Source: Tubulanus polymorphus
Taxonomy: Eukaryota > Animalia > Nemertea
Assembly: GCF_964204645.1 (NCBI RefSeq)
Contig: NC_134027.1
Coordinates: 1,178,001 to 1,242,000 of the forward strand
Length of the DNA stretch: 64,000 nucleotides
Direction of reading: 5' to 3'
The notes under the pieces were generated by a model that was given only the letters and a program-made list of their open reading frames with translations, ran no database searches and was not told where the DNA came from. Shown piece after piece: positions 53,138 through 64,000 of the stretch. Every line of letters begins with the position of its first letter. The stretch's first letter is position 1. The translations under genes and the position numbers were made by a program.

Positions 53138-53749
53138 ATATCTTACATCTTTGATCAAAAATTGTAGTGTAAAAAAACTCAAAACTAAGGCCTCTATAAA
53201 TGATCGATTGACTTTAAATGATTACTTTTGCACAGCTCTTGTAGACAATGATTAGGTGTCATAGTAGTTTAGCTCGAAAGTGCACATATAAGGTTAATTT
53301 TCATCCCTTATTTAGAGACCGAGGTATTGAGCGTCCATTTCAGCCCTTAAAACATCATCAACCTACCTCAAACTGACTGTTTTTAAATCCAGCAATAGTT
53401 AACTATTGACTCGGCATGCATTCGATTCAAAAACAATTTTTGATGATCGTAGTGATTCGAAACATTTGAATTTTTGAAAAACACGAATGCTAAACCACGG
53501 ATCCGGACTTCGATTGCGGCCCAATGGCAGAGTTGATTTTCTTATTTGGAATTTGAAGATATAAATCACTGAAATCAATTGGTTTTCTCAACCAAAATTA
53601 GAATTAAGAAGAATTTAGGATGGAGATGTTTGATTTTCATTTTGTCTAAAATGCCGACTTAGAAATTAATTCAATTGAATCAAATTAATGAATTCATCAT
53701 TTCACGATATTATAGATAATCAAAATGTGAATATGAAATCACCTTTTCA

Positions 53750-54930
53750 ATCGCTGTTTTTGGGTAAGATCACAGTTTTTAGGTTAGATCGCAGTTTTTG
53801 TGTTAGATCGCTGTTTTAGGTTATATCGCAGTTTTTAGGTTACATTGCAGTTTTTGGGTTAGACCGCAGTTTTTTTTTTAGATCGCAGTTTTTAAGTTAG
53901 ATTGCTGTTTTGGTTTAGATCACAGTTTTTGTGTTAGATCGCTGTTTTGGTTTAGATCACAGTTTTTGTGTTAGATCGCTGTTTTAGGTTAGATTGCAGT
54001 TTTTAGGTTACATAGCAGTTTTTAGGTTTGACCGCAGTTTTTTTTTTAGATCGCAGTTTTTAAGTTAGATCGCTGTTTTGGGTTAGATCACAGTTTTTGT
54101 GTTAGATCGCTGTTTTGTATTAGATCGCTGTTTTAGGTTAGATCACAGTTTTTAGGTTACATTGCAGTATTTAGGTTAGATCACAGTTTTTGTGTTAGAT
54201 CGCTGTTTTTGGGTTAGATCACTGTTTTTGTGTTAGATTGGTGTTTTTGGGTTAGATCGCTGTTTTGGGTTAGATCACAGTTTTTGGGTTAGATCGCTGT
54301 TTTGGGTTAGATCACAGTTTTTGTGTTAGATCGCAGTTTTTGTGTTAGATCGCAGTTTTTAGGTTAGATCGCAGTTTTTGTGTTAGATCGCAATATTTAG
54401 GTTAGATCGCAGTTTTTAGGTTAGATCGCAATTTTTTGTGTAAGATCGCAGTTTTTTGTTAGGTCGCTGTTTTTGGGTTAGAAAGCTGTTTTTATGTTAG
54501 ATTGGTGTTTTTAGGTTAGATCGCTATTTTTGTGTTAGATCGCTGTTTTTGTGTTAGATCGCTGTTTTTGGGTTAGATCGCTGTTATTGGGTTAGATCGC
54601 TGTTATTGGGTTAGATCGCTGTTATTGGGTTAGATCGCTGTTATTGGGTTAGATCGCTATTTTTGTGTTAGATCGCTGTTATTGGGTTAGATCGCTGTTT
54701 TTGGGTTAGATCGCTGTTTTTATGTTAGATCGCTGTTATTGGGTAAGATCGCTGATTTTGGGTTAGATCGCTGTTTTTGTGTTAGATCGCTGTTTTTGTG
54801 TTTGATCGCTGTTATTGGGTTAGATCGATGTTTTTGGGTTAGATCGCTGTTTTGTGTTAGATCGCTGTTTTTAGGTTAGATCGCAGTTTTTGTGTTAGAT
54901 CGCTGTTTTTGGGTTTGATCTCTGTTTTTT
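53750..54930. repeat. About 19-bp minisatellite, about 60 diverged copies
   Basis: Unit gttagatcgcwgtttttgk. Confidence 0.95.
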
Positions 54931-54985
54931 TTTGTTTTTGTCAATCATCATATCAAGATTTGCAATCCCAGTTGCCTTCAAGTTT

Positions 54986-56458
54986 CATATAGAGAATTAG
55001 TGGATGTGGTGTCCCTGGACCCCTACATGCACCATATAGAGAATTAGTGGATGTGGTGTCCCTGGACCCCTACATGCACCATATAGAGAATTAGTGGATG
55101 TGGTGTCCCTGGACCCCTACATGCACCATATAGAGAATTAGTGGATGTGGTGTCCCTGGACCCCTACATGCACCATATAGAGAATTAGTGGATGTGGTGT
55201 CCCTGGACCCCTACATGCACCATATAGAGAATTAGTGGATGTGGTGTCCCTGGACCCCTACATGCACCATATAGAGAATTAGTGGATGTGGTGTCCCTGG
55301 ACCCCTACATGCACCATATAGAGAATTAGTGGATGTGGTGTCCCTGGACCCCTACATGCACCATATAGAGAATTAGTGGATGTGGTGTCCCTGGACCCCT
55401 ACATGCACCATATAGAGAATTAGTGGATGTGGTGTCCCTGGACCCCTACATGCACCATATAGAGAATTAGTGGATGTGGTGTCCCTGGACCCCTACATGC
55501 ACCATATAGAGAATTAGTGGATGTGGTGTTCCTGGACCCCTACATGCATCATATAGAGAATTAGTGGATGTGGTGTCCCTGGACCCCTACATGCACCATA
55601 TAGAGAATTAGTGGATGTGGTGTCCCTGGACCCCTACATGCACCATATAGAGAATTAGTGGATGTGGTGTCCCTGGACCCCTACATGCACCATATAGAGA
55701 ATTAGTGGATGTGGTGTCCCTGGACCCCTACATGCACCATATAGAGAATTAGTGGATGTGGTGTCCCTGGACCCCTACATGCACCATATAGAGAATTAGT
55801 GGATGTGGTGTCCCTGGACCCCTACATGCACCATATAGAGAATTAGTGGATGTGGTGTCCCTGGACCCCTACATGCACCATATAGAGAATTAGTGGATGT
55901 GGTGTCCCTGGACCCCTACATGCACCATATAGAGAATTAGTGGATGTGGTGTCCCTGGACCCCTACATGCACCATATAGAGAATTAGTGGATGTGGTGTT
56001 CCTGGACCCCTACATGCACCATATAGAGAATTAGTGGATGTGGTGTCCCTGGACCCCTACATGCACCATATAGAGAATTAGTGGATGTGGTGTCCCTGGA
56101 CCCCTACATGCACCATATAGAGAATTAGTGGATGTGGTGTCCCTGGACCCCTACATGCACCATATAGAGAATTAGTGGATGTGGTGTTCCTGGACCCCTA
56201 CATGCACCATATAGAGAATTAGTGGATGTGGTGTCCCTGGACCCCTACATGCACCATATAGAGAATTAGTGGATGTGGTGTCCCTGGACCCCTACATGCA
56301 CCATATAGAGAATTAGTGGATGTGGTGTTCCTGGACCCCTACATGCACCATATAGAGAATTAGTGGATGTGGTGTTCCTGGACCCCTACATGCACCATAT
56401 AGAGAATTAGTGGATGTGGTGTTCCTGGACCCCTACATGCACCATATAGAGAATTAGT
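54986..56458. repeat. 47-bp tandem repeat, about 31 near-identical copies
   Basis: Unit catatagagaattagtggatgtggtgtccctggacccctacatgcac; no spacers between units. Confidence 0.97.
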
Positions 56459-56529
56459 TCACTGAACCAGAATAAGACTGACTGATATATTTTCAAATGA
56501 TTTAATATTTTTACTTGTTTTTCTAGATT

Positions 56530-57743
56530 ATGCCAAAAGCACAGAGAAAAACCCGGGGTGCGGGCCCCTCAACTTCGAGTCCATACGAAATAGTAAGTAC
56601 AAATTTACTGCTTCCATGCTTATTTATTCATCCCATACTTAGTATTTTGTACCCCTGGGTCCAGTTTCACAAAAAGGATTAACGCCTAAATCGATTTAAG
56701 ATAAACTGAATTAATGAAGAAATCAAATCGATTTAAGAGTTAAACCTGTTTGTGAAACTGGGCCCTAAATTGCATCTAGAATGAAAAAAAAGAAAAAAAA
56801 AATATTGAAAATAACGTTGGTGAAATATTTCTGTATCTTTCTGGATTTCTGCTCAATGCATCGTTTAGTAAAATATCGATATTCTTTAAAAGTAAAGATA
56901 TAAGAATGAAAATACTGTTTGCGCTGCTAGTTGTTGCCCAACCCATAGCCTCATTTCTCTCCATTCTAAATTTGCATTGTTTAACATTGCCTGGTTGCTA
57001 TGGAAACTATTTAAGTTTCGTTGTGGTATCCATGGCAACAGTAACGTTTAGGTAGTGGCACCAATTATGGGTCCCAACGTTCCCATGGCGATACATGAGA
57101 ACATTTATCCTATTTTTGACCTTCATGACGTAAGATGGTAGTGAGTCGATGACGTCATTTTCGTCTCACCACTAATGAAAAAAAAAATGAAATGAAAAAA
57201 AAGGAAAAAATGGTTAGAATTACGTTTATAAAATTTTTCTGGATCGGCTAAATGTATTGTTCCATTAAATATCGACATTCTCTAAAATCATAGGCATCAA
57301 TATCAAAATGATGATACAGCAGACTCCGCTTAACTCTGTTCTATTTGGACCATTAATTAACCGAATACCGACTTTTTAAATTTTAGGATTTTAACTTTAA
57401 GGATCAGAAAATGTGTATGCAATATCAACCGGGTACCGAGTAGGGTGGCCGAGTCTACTGTAGTCTGCTGCCCCCTCGAATCCATTACCTTATTATCTCT
57501 CAATTTGCATTGTTTGACCTCGTCTGGTTGCTATGGAAACTATTTAGTTATATCAGGAACGGTTTTTTCGTGGTAACCAGTGGCAACATTTAACAGGCGT
57601 GTCCGTCCTAGAGATAAACTGATTTCAAGTCTTATTTCACATTCACATCCGTCCTGGAGATAAACTGTTAGATAAACTCTGATTTCGCATCCGTCCTATT
57701 TCTTGTCATTGTATGAATATGTTTTCTCTTTTATAGAGAACTC

Positions 57744-57783
<40 letters not shown>

Positions 57784-60700
57784 GCAGCAACAGCAACAAC
57801 GTTTTAACATATCCATGTCTGGGATTGACGTAAGTTATCATAAACGCCTGTTTGAAGTCATCATTCTTGAGCTTGAAACCGAAATTTATATATATAGAAT
57901 ATTAAACCCTGCTTCTGCTACTGACAGGTAATGTCTGTCATACATTACTGCATCGTCAAATCTATACCAGGGTGCACCCAGCCTGATCGTTCGCATCATC
58001 ACATGCAAAGGGCTGATTATTTTGGAACCCAGTTTTTATCAGCTGGAACATTCTGCACATTCGACCATATTGATTGATAGCCCGTTATAGACGAGTGGAG
58101 AAAAACTGAAAAACCAGTTCAATGTTACCTCATGGTAAACAAAAGGGAATTTCAATGAGTTTAACTCACATTTACAGAGTTTTAACGAGGTTAGACTGAT
58201 TAACCATTATTCCATCAATGGTGTGTTCTGTCCATCAAGGCTCCTCAGACGCACCGAGCAGTCAAATGCAGCAGTAGCACGAGGGTCGGGTGTTCTCGTG
58301 TGGGCAGACGGTCCGAACCCCAAAACCATTTACTTACACTATACAAATCAGATCAGGTTTTTAACATTGTCTTTGATTGTATTTTCAGTTTCTGCCGACA
58401 ACGCCGACAACGCCGCCAAGCGGTACTTCTACGCCGGTAAGTGATAACTATTTTCTAATAAATCACGCTTATTTCAATTTGTAATTTGAAAATAGAGGGT
58501 AGTAGCTGTTTTGCATAAATTATGCTATTTAGGAATAAAATCAAATTCGATTAAGTCTCATCATCGTAGAAGTCATATATTAATGATGCTATCTACAGTT
58601 GTCATTTAGATTAAGTGTTATATTTACTACTTAATTTGCTTCATGACCCAAAAACCTCTACTATATAACTACTGGTTTTGTTCTAATCTTGGAGAATTTG
58701 CTGCAAAATTTACTTATCATTTGTTAATCAGTTTTTATTGAAAACCCGAATCAGTGATACATGCATTCATGAATATCCATCTAATATTTTGTTTTATTTT
58801 ATCTTTACAGAACATATCACCGATACAGCACGTGGATGTAAGACATTAAACATTGATCTTGAATTTTAAGTTCAATCTAATTTATTTTTTATCTCACTCG
58901 GGACTATAGTTATTGCGTTCACTTTGCGTCCAGTTGTCTCGGCTAGTTTTTGATTTATCGTGTTGATAATTGGTTTATATACTCAAACTACTCAAACTCA
59001 AAATATTGGCGCAATTGGAATTAAGATGGCGGACTTGTATGACCATTTTTTACCGGCAAAATCAGCACTTTAGGATCAATTCTGTTGTTGTTATATTACA
59101 TTTAAATCAGAGTTTAATATATATCAGTATAGAGCAGGTTTTTGCTCTAGTTATAAATAAAGTTATAAATAATCTCATGACATGTTCTGTATATGTGTAG
59201 TGAGTTTCAATGTCTTTGGTTCCTTTTAAACCAGGGGGAGTTAGATTTGAAAATGTCAGATCGTCGAGCATTTCAGACCACTTCTAAAGTGGGTCCCTGC
59301 ACCCCTAGTTATACCGTTAATATTTTAATAATACATTAATATTTTTATTTGATAGAATATATTGATATACCATACATTGATATCGGTCTTGTAATTGGAT
59401 CAACAACCATGAGATCAAAACACAGCAAATATGAACCTGCTGTGAATCAATAGATTTGTGATAAATGTAATGAAATTGTTATTTTTCATATTGACTTTTG
59501 GAGTTAAGGGTCTGTTGTATAAGAGTCTTTGGTCTCGCGTCTCAATGTATGATATCAATCTGTTGTGTTTCCTCGTTCCAATGTTTAAAAGGTGTTCGTC
59601 ACCTTATATTAATATCCTCCGTGTTTAAAAACCTGTGCGTATTACTTTTACCGTTAGATGGCGCCATAAGTGTGGTATTTGATTTATGGGATACCCGCAT
59701 AACCAGCTATTCCACCAGATGGCGCAACGAGTAGTAGGTCGTTCGTTGTCAAAATTAGTTCATTTTCGATGAACTTTGAACTGGTTTGAAGAAGAAATAC
59801 TTTCATTCTTCTACTCTGATATCGGTTTAGTTCTCATTAATAATTGATTCATTTAAGAGAACAATTCATTCAGATTTAATTGAAATGTACAAGAAAATCG
59901 AACGCATACGACCAACTATTTACTAGCGACACCTGGTGGATCCTCGCCTGCCATAAGTGGAATCCTCGATTGCCACAGTAAGACTGCGGGTATCCCATTG
60001 TTTGGCGTGTGATAAAGTAAAGTTAGAAAACGAATGTTTAACTTTGTTGTGAAATGAAAGCGTTTTGGAGATTTTTAAACCGATCAAATCAATATTTTGA
60101 TATTACGCTTGAAACCCTTCCCACTCATATTCTGCTTACTAAGTATATATTCTTGTTTCCGTGGAAATCATGGTGAGTGGCGCCATCTATACAGTGGAGT
60201 TAGCTTTATAAATCGAGTATGATTTGACAAGTGGCTCCATCTATTCCCTAATACTGAAGCGAGGTAACCAGCAGCGCCCTCATATACAGGAAATGAACGC
60301 CTATCAAGTTTAACAATGCACGGTGTATTGTCCACAGTGACCGGTGATAATTATATCAATGTTGATTAGCTATTGCCATAGACAGGTCCGTAGCGTTTGG
60401 CTGGAACAGAACGGGGCCCGCTAACCAAAACAAATTTTGAAAACGTGCCCAGATAAATTGCCTCTGGGAGATTGATTTAACGAGGTTTTGATTAAATGAA
60501 CAAATTTTAATATTTGTAAGTTTAACATTTCTGTTTTTAATTTTTCTTTGTAAGGAACTGAATTTTCGAACCCCCCTGAACCGCTTCAAGCTACGTCCCT
60601 GATATAGTGCTAGCTATACCGGAATACTTTTCTCTTATTGAAATTGTTTAAAAAACCAGCACCTTGAACTAATGAACGTCATAATGAAAAATGTTGAAAA

Positions 60701-61082
60701 GTTCACCGTTTATGAATTTGACTAATATATTTATATTATTTTCATTTCTAGGGTCATATCGGTCGCCTTGCACCGTCTCCGTCTCTTAATGTAAGTATCA
60801 GTGACGCCCTCAATCTCACATGCCTCACTTTCCTCCTAGTGTACTGGTTCTTATGAAATTCCTCAAGAAAATATACTGATAATCTTAGAATACACGTTTT
60901 TGTACCCAGACCCCTTCATTCTACTGTGAACTATTGTGTAATTAGTGCCTGATGTGTAAATTTTCTATTGCATTGATTTTTATATTATTTCTATTTACAG
61001 TCTGACCTAAACAACAGTAGCAGCAGCAGCAGCAGCAGCGCACCCCTCCCGCCGGAGACGCCTCCCGACTTGCAAGCACGAA
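56530..61082 (+). CDS. Unidentified short-exon gene, 3'-incomplete; join(56530-56592,57737-57829,58389-58436,58811-58837,60752-60790,61001-61082)
   Basis: Each exon has a pyrimidine tract plus YAG acceptor and a gtaag donor. The first five junctions are phase 0. The join reads without stops: MPKAQRKTRGAGPSTSSPYEI-RTQ19RFNISMSGID-FLPTTPTTPPSGTSTP-NISPIQHVD-GHIGRLAPSPSLN-SDLNNSSSSSSSSAPLPPETPPDLQAR. Confidence 0.75.
56658..56764. mobile_element. Harbinger-like MITE in an intron of the second gene
   Basis: ggtccagtttcacaaa / tttgtgaaactgggcc ends, CTG and CTA flanks. Confidence 0.72.
59686..59998. mobile_element. MITE-like element with a 14-bp perfect IR and subterminal CTCF-like motifs
   Basis: atgggatacccgca / tgcgggtatcccat. 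Confidence 0.6.
60383..60601. mobile_element. CAGG-terminus MITE
   Basis: caggtccgtagc / gctacgtccctg inverted ends. Confidence 0.55.
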
Positions 61083-61126
61083 GTAAGTTCAGTCTTCAAA
61101 TACAATTTCAATGCATTCAATTTTTT

Positions 61127-61296
61127 AACAAGAGAAATCCCACAATAAGTTCAGCCAAAACGAGAAACTTGAATAGAAGAGTTATATATATTTGCGCAAC
61201 GTTTCGGCTAAAGACTATTAGCCATCATCAGGCGTGAACTTATTGTGGGATTTCTCTTGTTATCTTCTTACACGGATATTGTGTATCTTCTCGTCT
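61127..61296 (-). mobile_element. 170-bp Penelope-type mini-element with foldback arms and a 13-bp target duplication
   Basis: Direct repeat cattcaatttttt at 61114-61126 and 61297-61309. Perfect 27-bp IR at 61127-61153 / 61235-61261. A hammerhead core lies between the arms. Confidence 0.75.
61193..61236 (-). ncRNA. Minimal type I hammerhead ribozyme motif
   Basis: Minus strand reads cgc-CUGAUGA-u-GGCUAA-uagucu-UUAGCC-GAAA-CG-UU-gcg: intact core, 6-bp stem II, short stem I and palindromic ACGU stem III. Confidence 0.68.
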
Positions 61297-62033
61297 CATT
61301 CAATTTTTTGTATGGTGTTAAAACAGTTAAAGTTGTGACCAGTTTTCATAACTCTGTGACGTCAGGTTCGGTGTAGGACAAAAAACAATATCATATTTCC
61401 TTCGAGTACCGGCCCCTTTCCTACGGTTTTTGCCAATATTTCTAAATTTGGATTGAATGATCGCCAGCGGTTTTTCTATACGACCTGGCTCTGCTGTATT
61501 GCATTTAGCCATCCTTTTTCTTGGCGTTTTTGATAAGAAGGTGTTTGATTTTGTGTCTAAGGGATTTAGGAATTCAAGAGAGACTTGCACTCTCTATACA
61601 GTGAGTACTTGTACTCTCTATACAGTGAGTTTGTCCTGTTTTTGTTCCCTCGTGAATTTTACGTTTGTTTGGTCTAATTTAATTTATTATAATCAAATCA
61701 AATCAGTGCATCTTTCTTGAATTGCGTGTATGTTATCAAATATCTGTTATATTTAAACCGAATATTTAATTGTTGTATTTTGAATGCGATAATGCCGCTC
61801 CCTGCTCAAGTCCAGCGTCGTCGTCGTCGTGAGGGATGCGGTCATCTGTTCGGGCCCTGATTGCGTTCTGTGTTCGTGGTGTTGGGCTAAATCGGGCGTT
61901 CAGAGTTAATCCTTCCTGGACTTGCGGTTTGTGGTCGGAAGATCCATGGTTCACCGGTCAATCAACGGTTCATCTGGTTCAGTTTCTGACTAGTATTACC
62001 TGCACATGACCAGTCCGGTCCGGGCTATTCCTA

Positions 62034-62847
62034 GCACCGGTCAAGGCATCACCGGGTACTGAACATCCGGTCAGCTCCGTGCACCGGGCCGGTCCAGGCA
62101 TCACCGGGTACTGAACATCCAGTCAGCTCCATGCACTGGTCCGGTCCAGGCATCACCGGGTACTAAACATCCGGTCAGCTCCGTGCACCGGTCCGGTCCA
62201 GGCATCACCGGGTACTGAACATCCAGTCAGCTCCATGCACCGGTCCGGTCCAGGCATCACCGGGTACTGAACATCCGGTCAGCTCCGTGCACTGGTCCGG
62301 TCCAGGCATCACCGGGTACTGAACATCCGGTCAGCTCCGTGCACCGGGCCGGTCCAGGCATCACCGGGTACTGAACATCCAGTCAGCTCCGTGCACCGGG
62401 CCGGTCCAGGCATCACCGGGTACTGAACATCCGGTCAGCTCCGTGCACCGGGCCGGTCCAGGCATCACCGAGTACTGAACATCCGATCAGCTCCATGCAT
62501 CGGTCCGGTCCAGGCATCACCGGGTACTGAACATCCGGTCAGCTCCGTGCACTGGTCTGGTCCAGGCATCACCGGGTACTGAACATCTGGTCAGCTCCGT
62601 GCACCGGGCCGGTCCAGGCATCACCGGGTACTGAACATCCAGTCAGCTCCGTGCACCGGGCCGGTCCAGGCATCACCGGGTACTGAACCTCCGGTCAGCT
62701 CCGTGCACCGGGCCGGTCCAGGCATCACCGAGTACTGAACATCCGATCAGCTCCATGCATCGGTCCGGTCCAGGCATCACCGGGTACTGAACATCCAGTC
62801 AGCTCCATGCACTGGTCTGGTCCAGGCATCACCGGGTACTAAACATC
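62034..62847. repeat. GC-rich 52-bp minisatellite, about 15.5 copies
   Basis: Unit ggtccaggcatcaccgggtactgaacatccggtcagctccgtgcaccgggcc. Confidence 0.95.
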
Positions 62848-62966
62848 GGTTTTGTGTGACTCATTTGATTCTGATGTTTCAAATTTGAAACATAGTTATC
62901 ATGGCTCCAGTTTTGGTAAAGGGCGCTCTCCTACCAGATGCAGGAGTAAGGTCACCTTCACTGAGA

Positions 62967-63440
62967 TCGAGACCGTTTAGGAAGTTCAAGTCGAGGGACC
63001 GTTTAGGAAGTTCATGTCTTTCACGTCGAGGGACCGTTTAGGAAGTTCATGTCTTTCACGTCGAGAGACCGTTTAGGAAGTTCATGTCTTTCACGTCGAG
63101 GGACCGTTTAGGAAGTTCATGTCTTTCACGTCGAGGGACCGTTTAGGAAGTTCACGTCGAGGGACCGTTTAGGAAGTTCACGTCTTTCACGTCGAAGGAC
63201 CGTTTAGGAAGTTCACGTCGAGGGACCGTTTAGGAAGTTCATGTCTTTCACGTCGAGGGACCGTTTAGGAAGTTCACGTCTTTCACGTCGAGGGACCGTT
63301 TAGGAAGTTCACGTCTTTCACGTCGAAGGACCGTTTAGGAAGTTCACGTCGAGGGACCGTTTAGGAAGTTCATGTCTTTCACGTCGAGGGACCCTTTAGG
63401 AAGTTCACGTCTTTCACGTCGAGGGACCGTATAGGAAGTC
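62967..63440. repeat. Minisatellite with mixed 35-bp and 26-bp units
   Basis: gtcgagggaccgtttaggaagttca(tgtctttca)c. Confidence 0.93.
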
Positions 63441-63637
63441 CTCACAAGAATCGGGATTTCCGCAATTTCGAAAGTAAAGTAAGACTTAAACTTGTTATTT
63501 TCATCTAAGCTACCGCAGTCACAGGTAGGCCTATTCCTAATTGCCCGGTTAGAAGTTCACCAACCCACTCATCAGTTATTCAGAATTCTGGCTGAATTTC
63601 TGATTTCAACGAGGATCTTGTTCCTGCCGCAATAAGC

Positions 63638-64000
63638 TTTTTACCCCTCAGCCGTAGGACGCAAGGGGTATTGTTGTCACGTGTGTCCGTACGGGCGTGG
63701 GCAGACGGGCGTGCAGCTATTGTTCCCACTCTGCAGGCTTCAGTTTTTCGTTGATTTTCTTGTGACTTGGTATGTTTATTTTAGGTGTGAGGAAGATGAG
63801 CCCTATTGTTTTTGACAAATATACGTCATCCAAGATGGCCTCCACAGTCGTTGTGATGTGTGAAATAGCTATTTTGAAGCTTATTCCCGCTCTACAGACT
63901 TAAGTTTTTGTTTGATTTTCTTGTGACTCGAGCAAAAGGAGGATGAACTCTACTGTGTTCGATGTGTGTAGGTCATCAAAGATGGCCACCACAGTTATAT
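63638..64000 (+). mobile_element. 5' part of a non-autonomous Helentron-type element (HINE/DINE-like), running off the window
   Basis: Starts with a T-run, then short IR tacccct/aggggta and a degenerate gtcc/gggc microsatellite. Internal repeats of about 160 bp follow (agttttt..ttgattttcttgtgact...aagatggcc twice). Confidence 0.6.

Noticed and set aside
54986-56458. CRISPR-like regular array
   Set aside because: Units are head-to-tail with no unique spacers, there are no cas genes, and the context is eukaryotic. The same applies to the arrays at 1558, 39991 and 62034.
59356-59390. Extra micro-exon for the second gene
   Set aside because: The donor is weak and the 35-nt length would break the frame.
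56530-61082. Second gene as Sowah, the ankyrin-repeat gene usually linked to Irx
   Set aside because: No ankyrin repeats or Sowah-like N-terminal domain in the exons visible here; left unnamed.

Overview
This window is animal (invertebrate-type, intron-rich, CpG not depleted) genomic DNA, not prokaryotic. Its centre is one Iroquois (Irx) TALE-class homeobox gene on the + strand. Five coding exons (32174-41808) splice in frame to a 489-aa protein with the araucan/caupolican/Irx4-6-type N-terminal cysteine motif, the homeodomain, an acidic patch, the IRO box and a C-terminal TAFKPV motif. About 31 kb upstream contain no recognisable gene. Downstream lie an intact tRNA-Pro(TGG), a decayed ~3.2-kb TIR element, and a second + strand gene missed by the ORF track. 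That gene is built from six short exons (56530-61082) and encodes a polyQ/Pro/Ser-rich peptide of unknown identity. The window also holds many PIF/Harbinger-like MITEs with CWG target duplications, two Penelope-type foldback inserts with minimal hammerhead-ribozyme cores, a Helentron-type element, LINE tails and several minisatellites. There is no CRISPR array. All calls were made by eye, without database searches, and I found no clearly new biological system. The best leads are the micro-exon gene and the ribozyme-bearing mini-elements.
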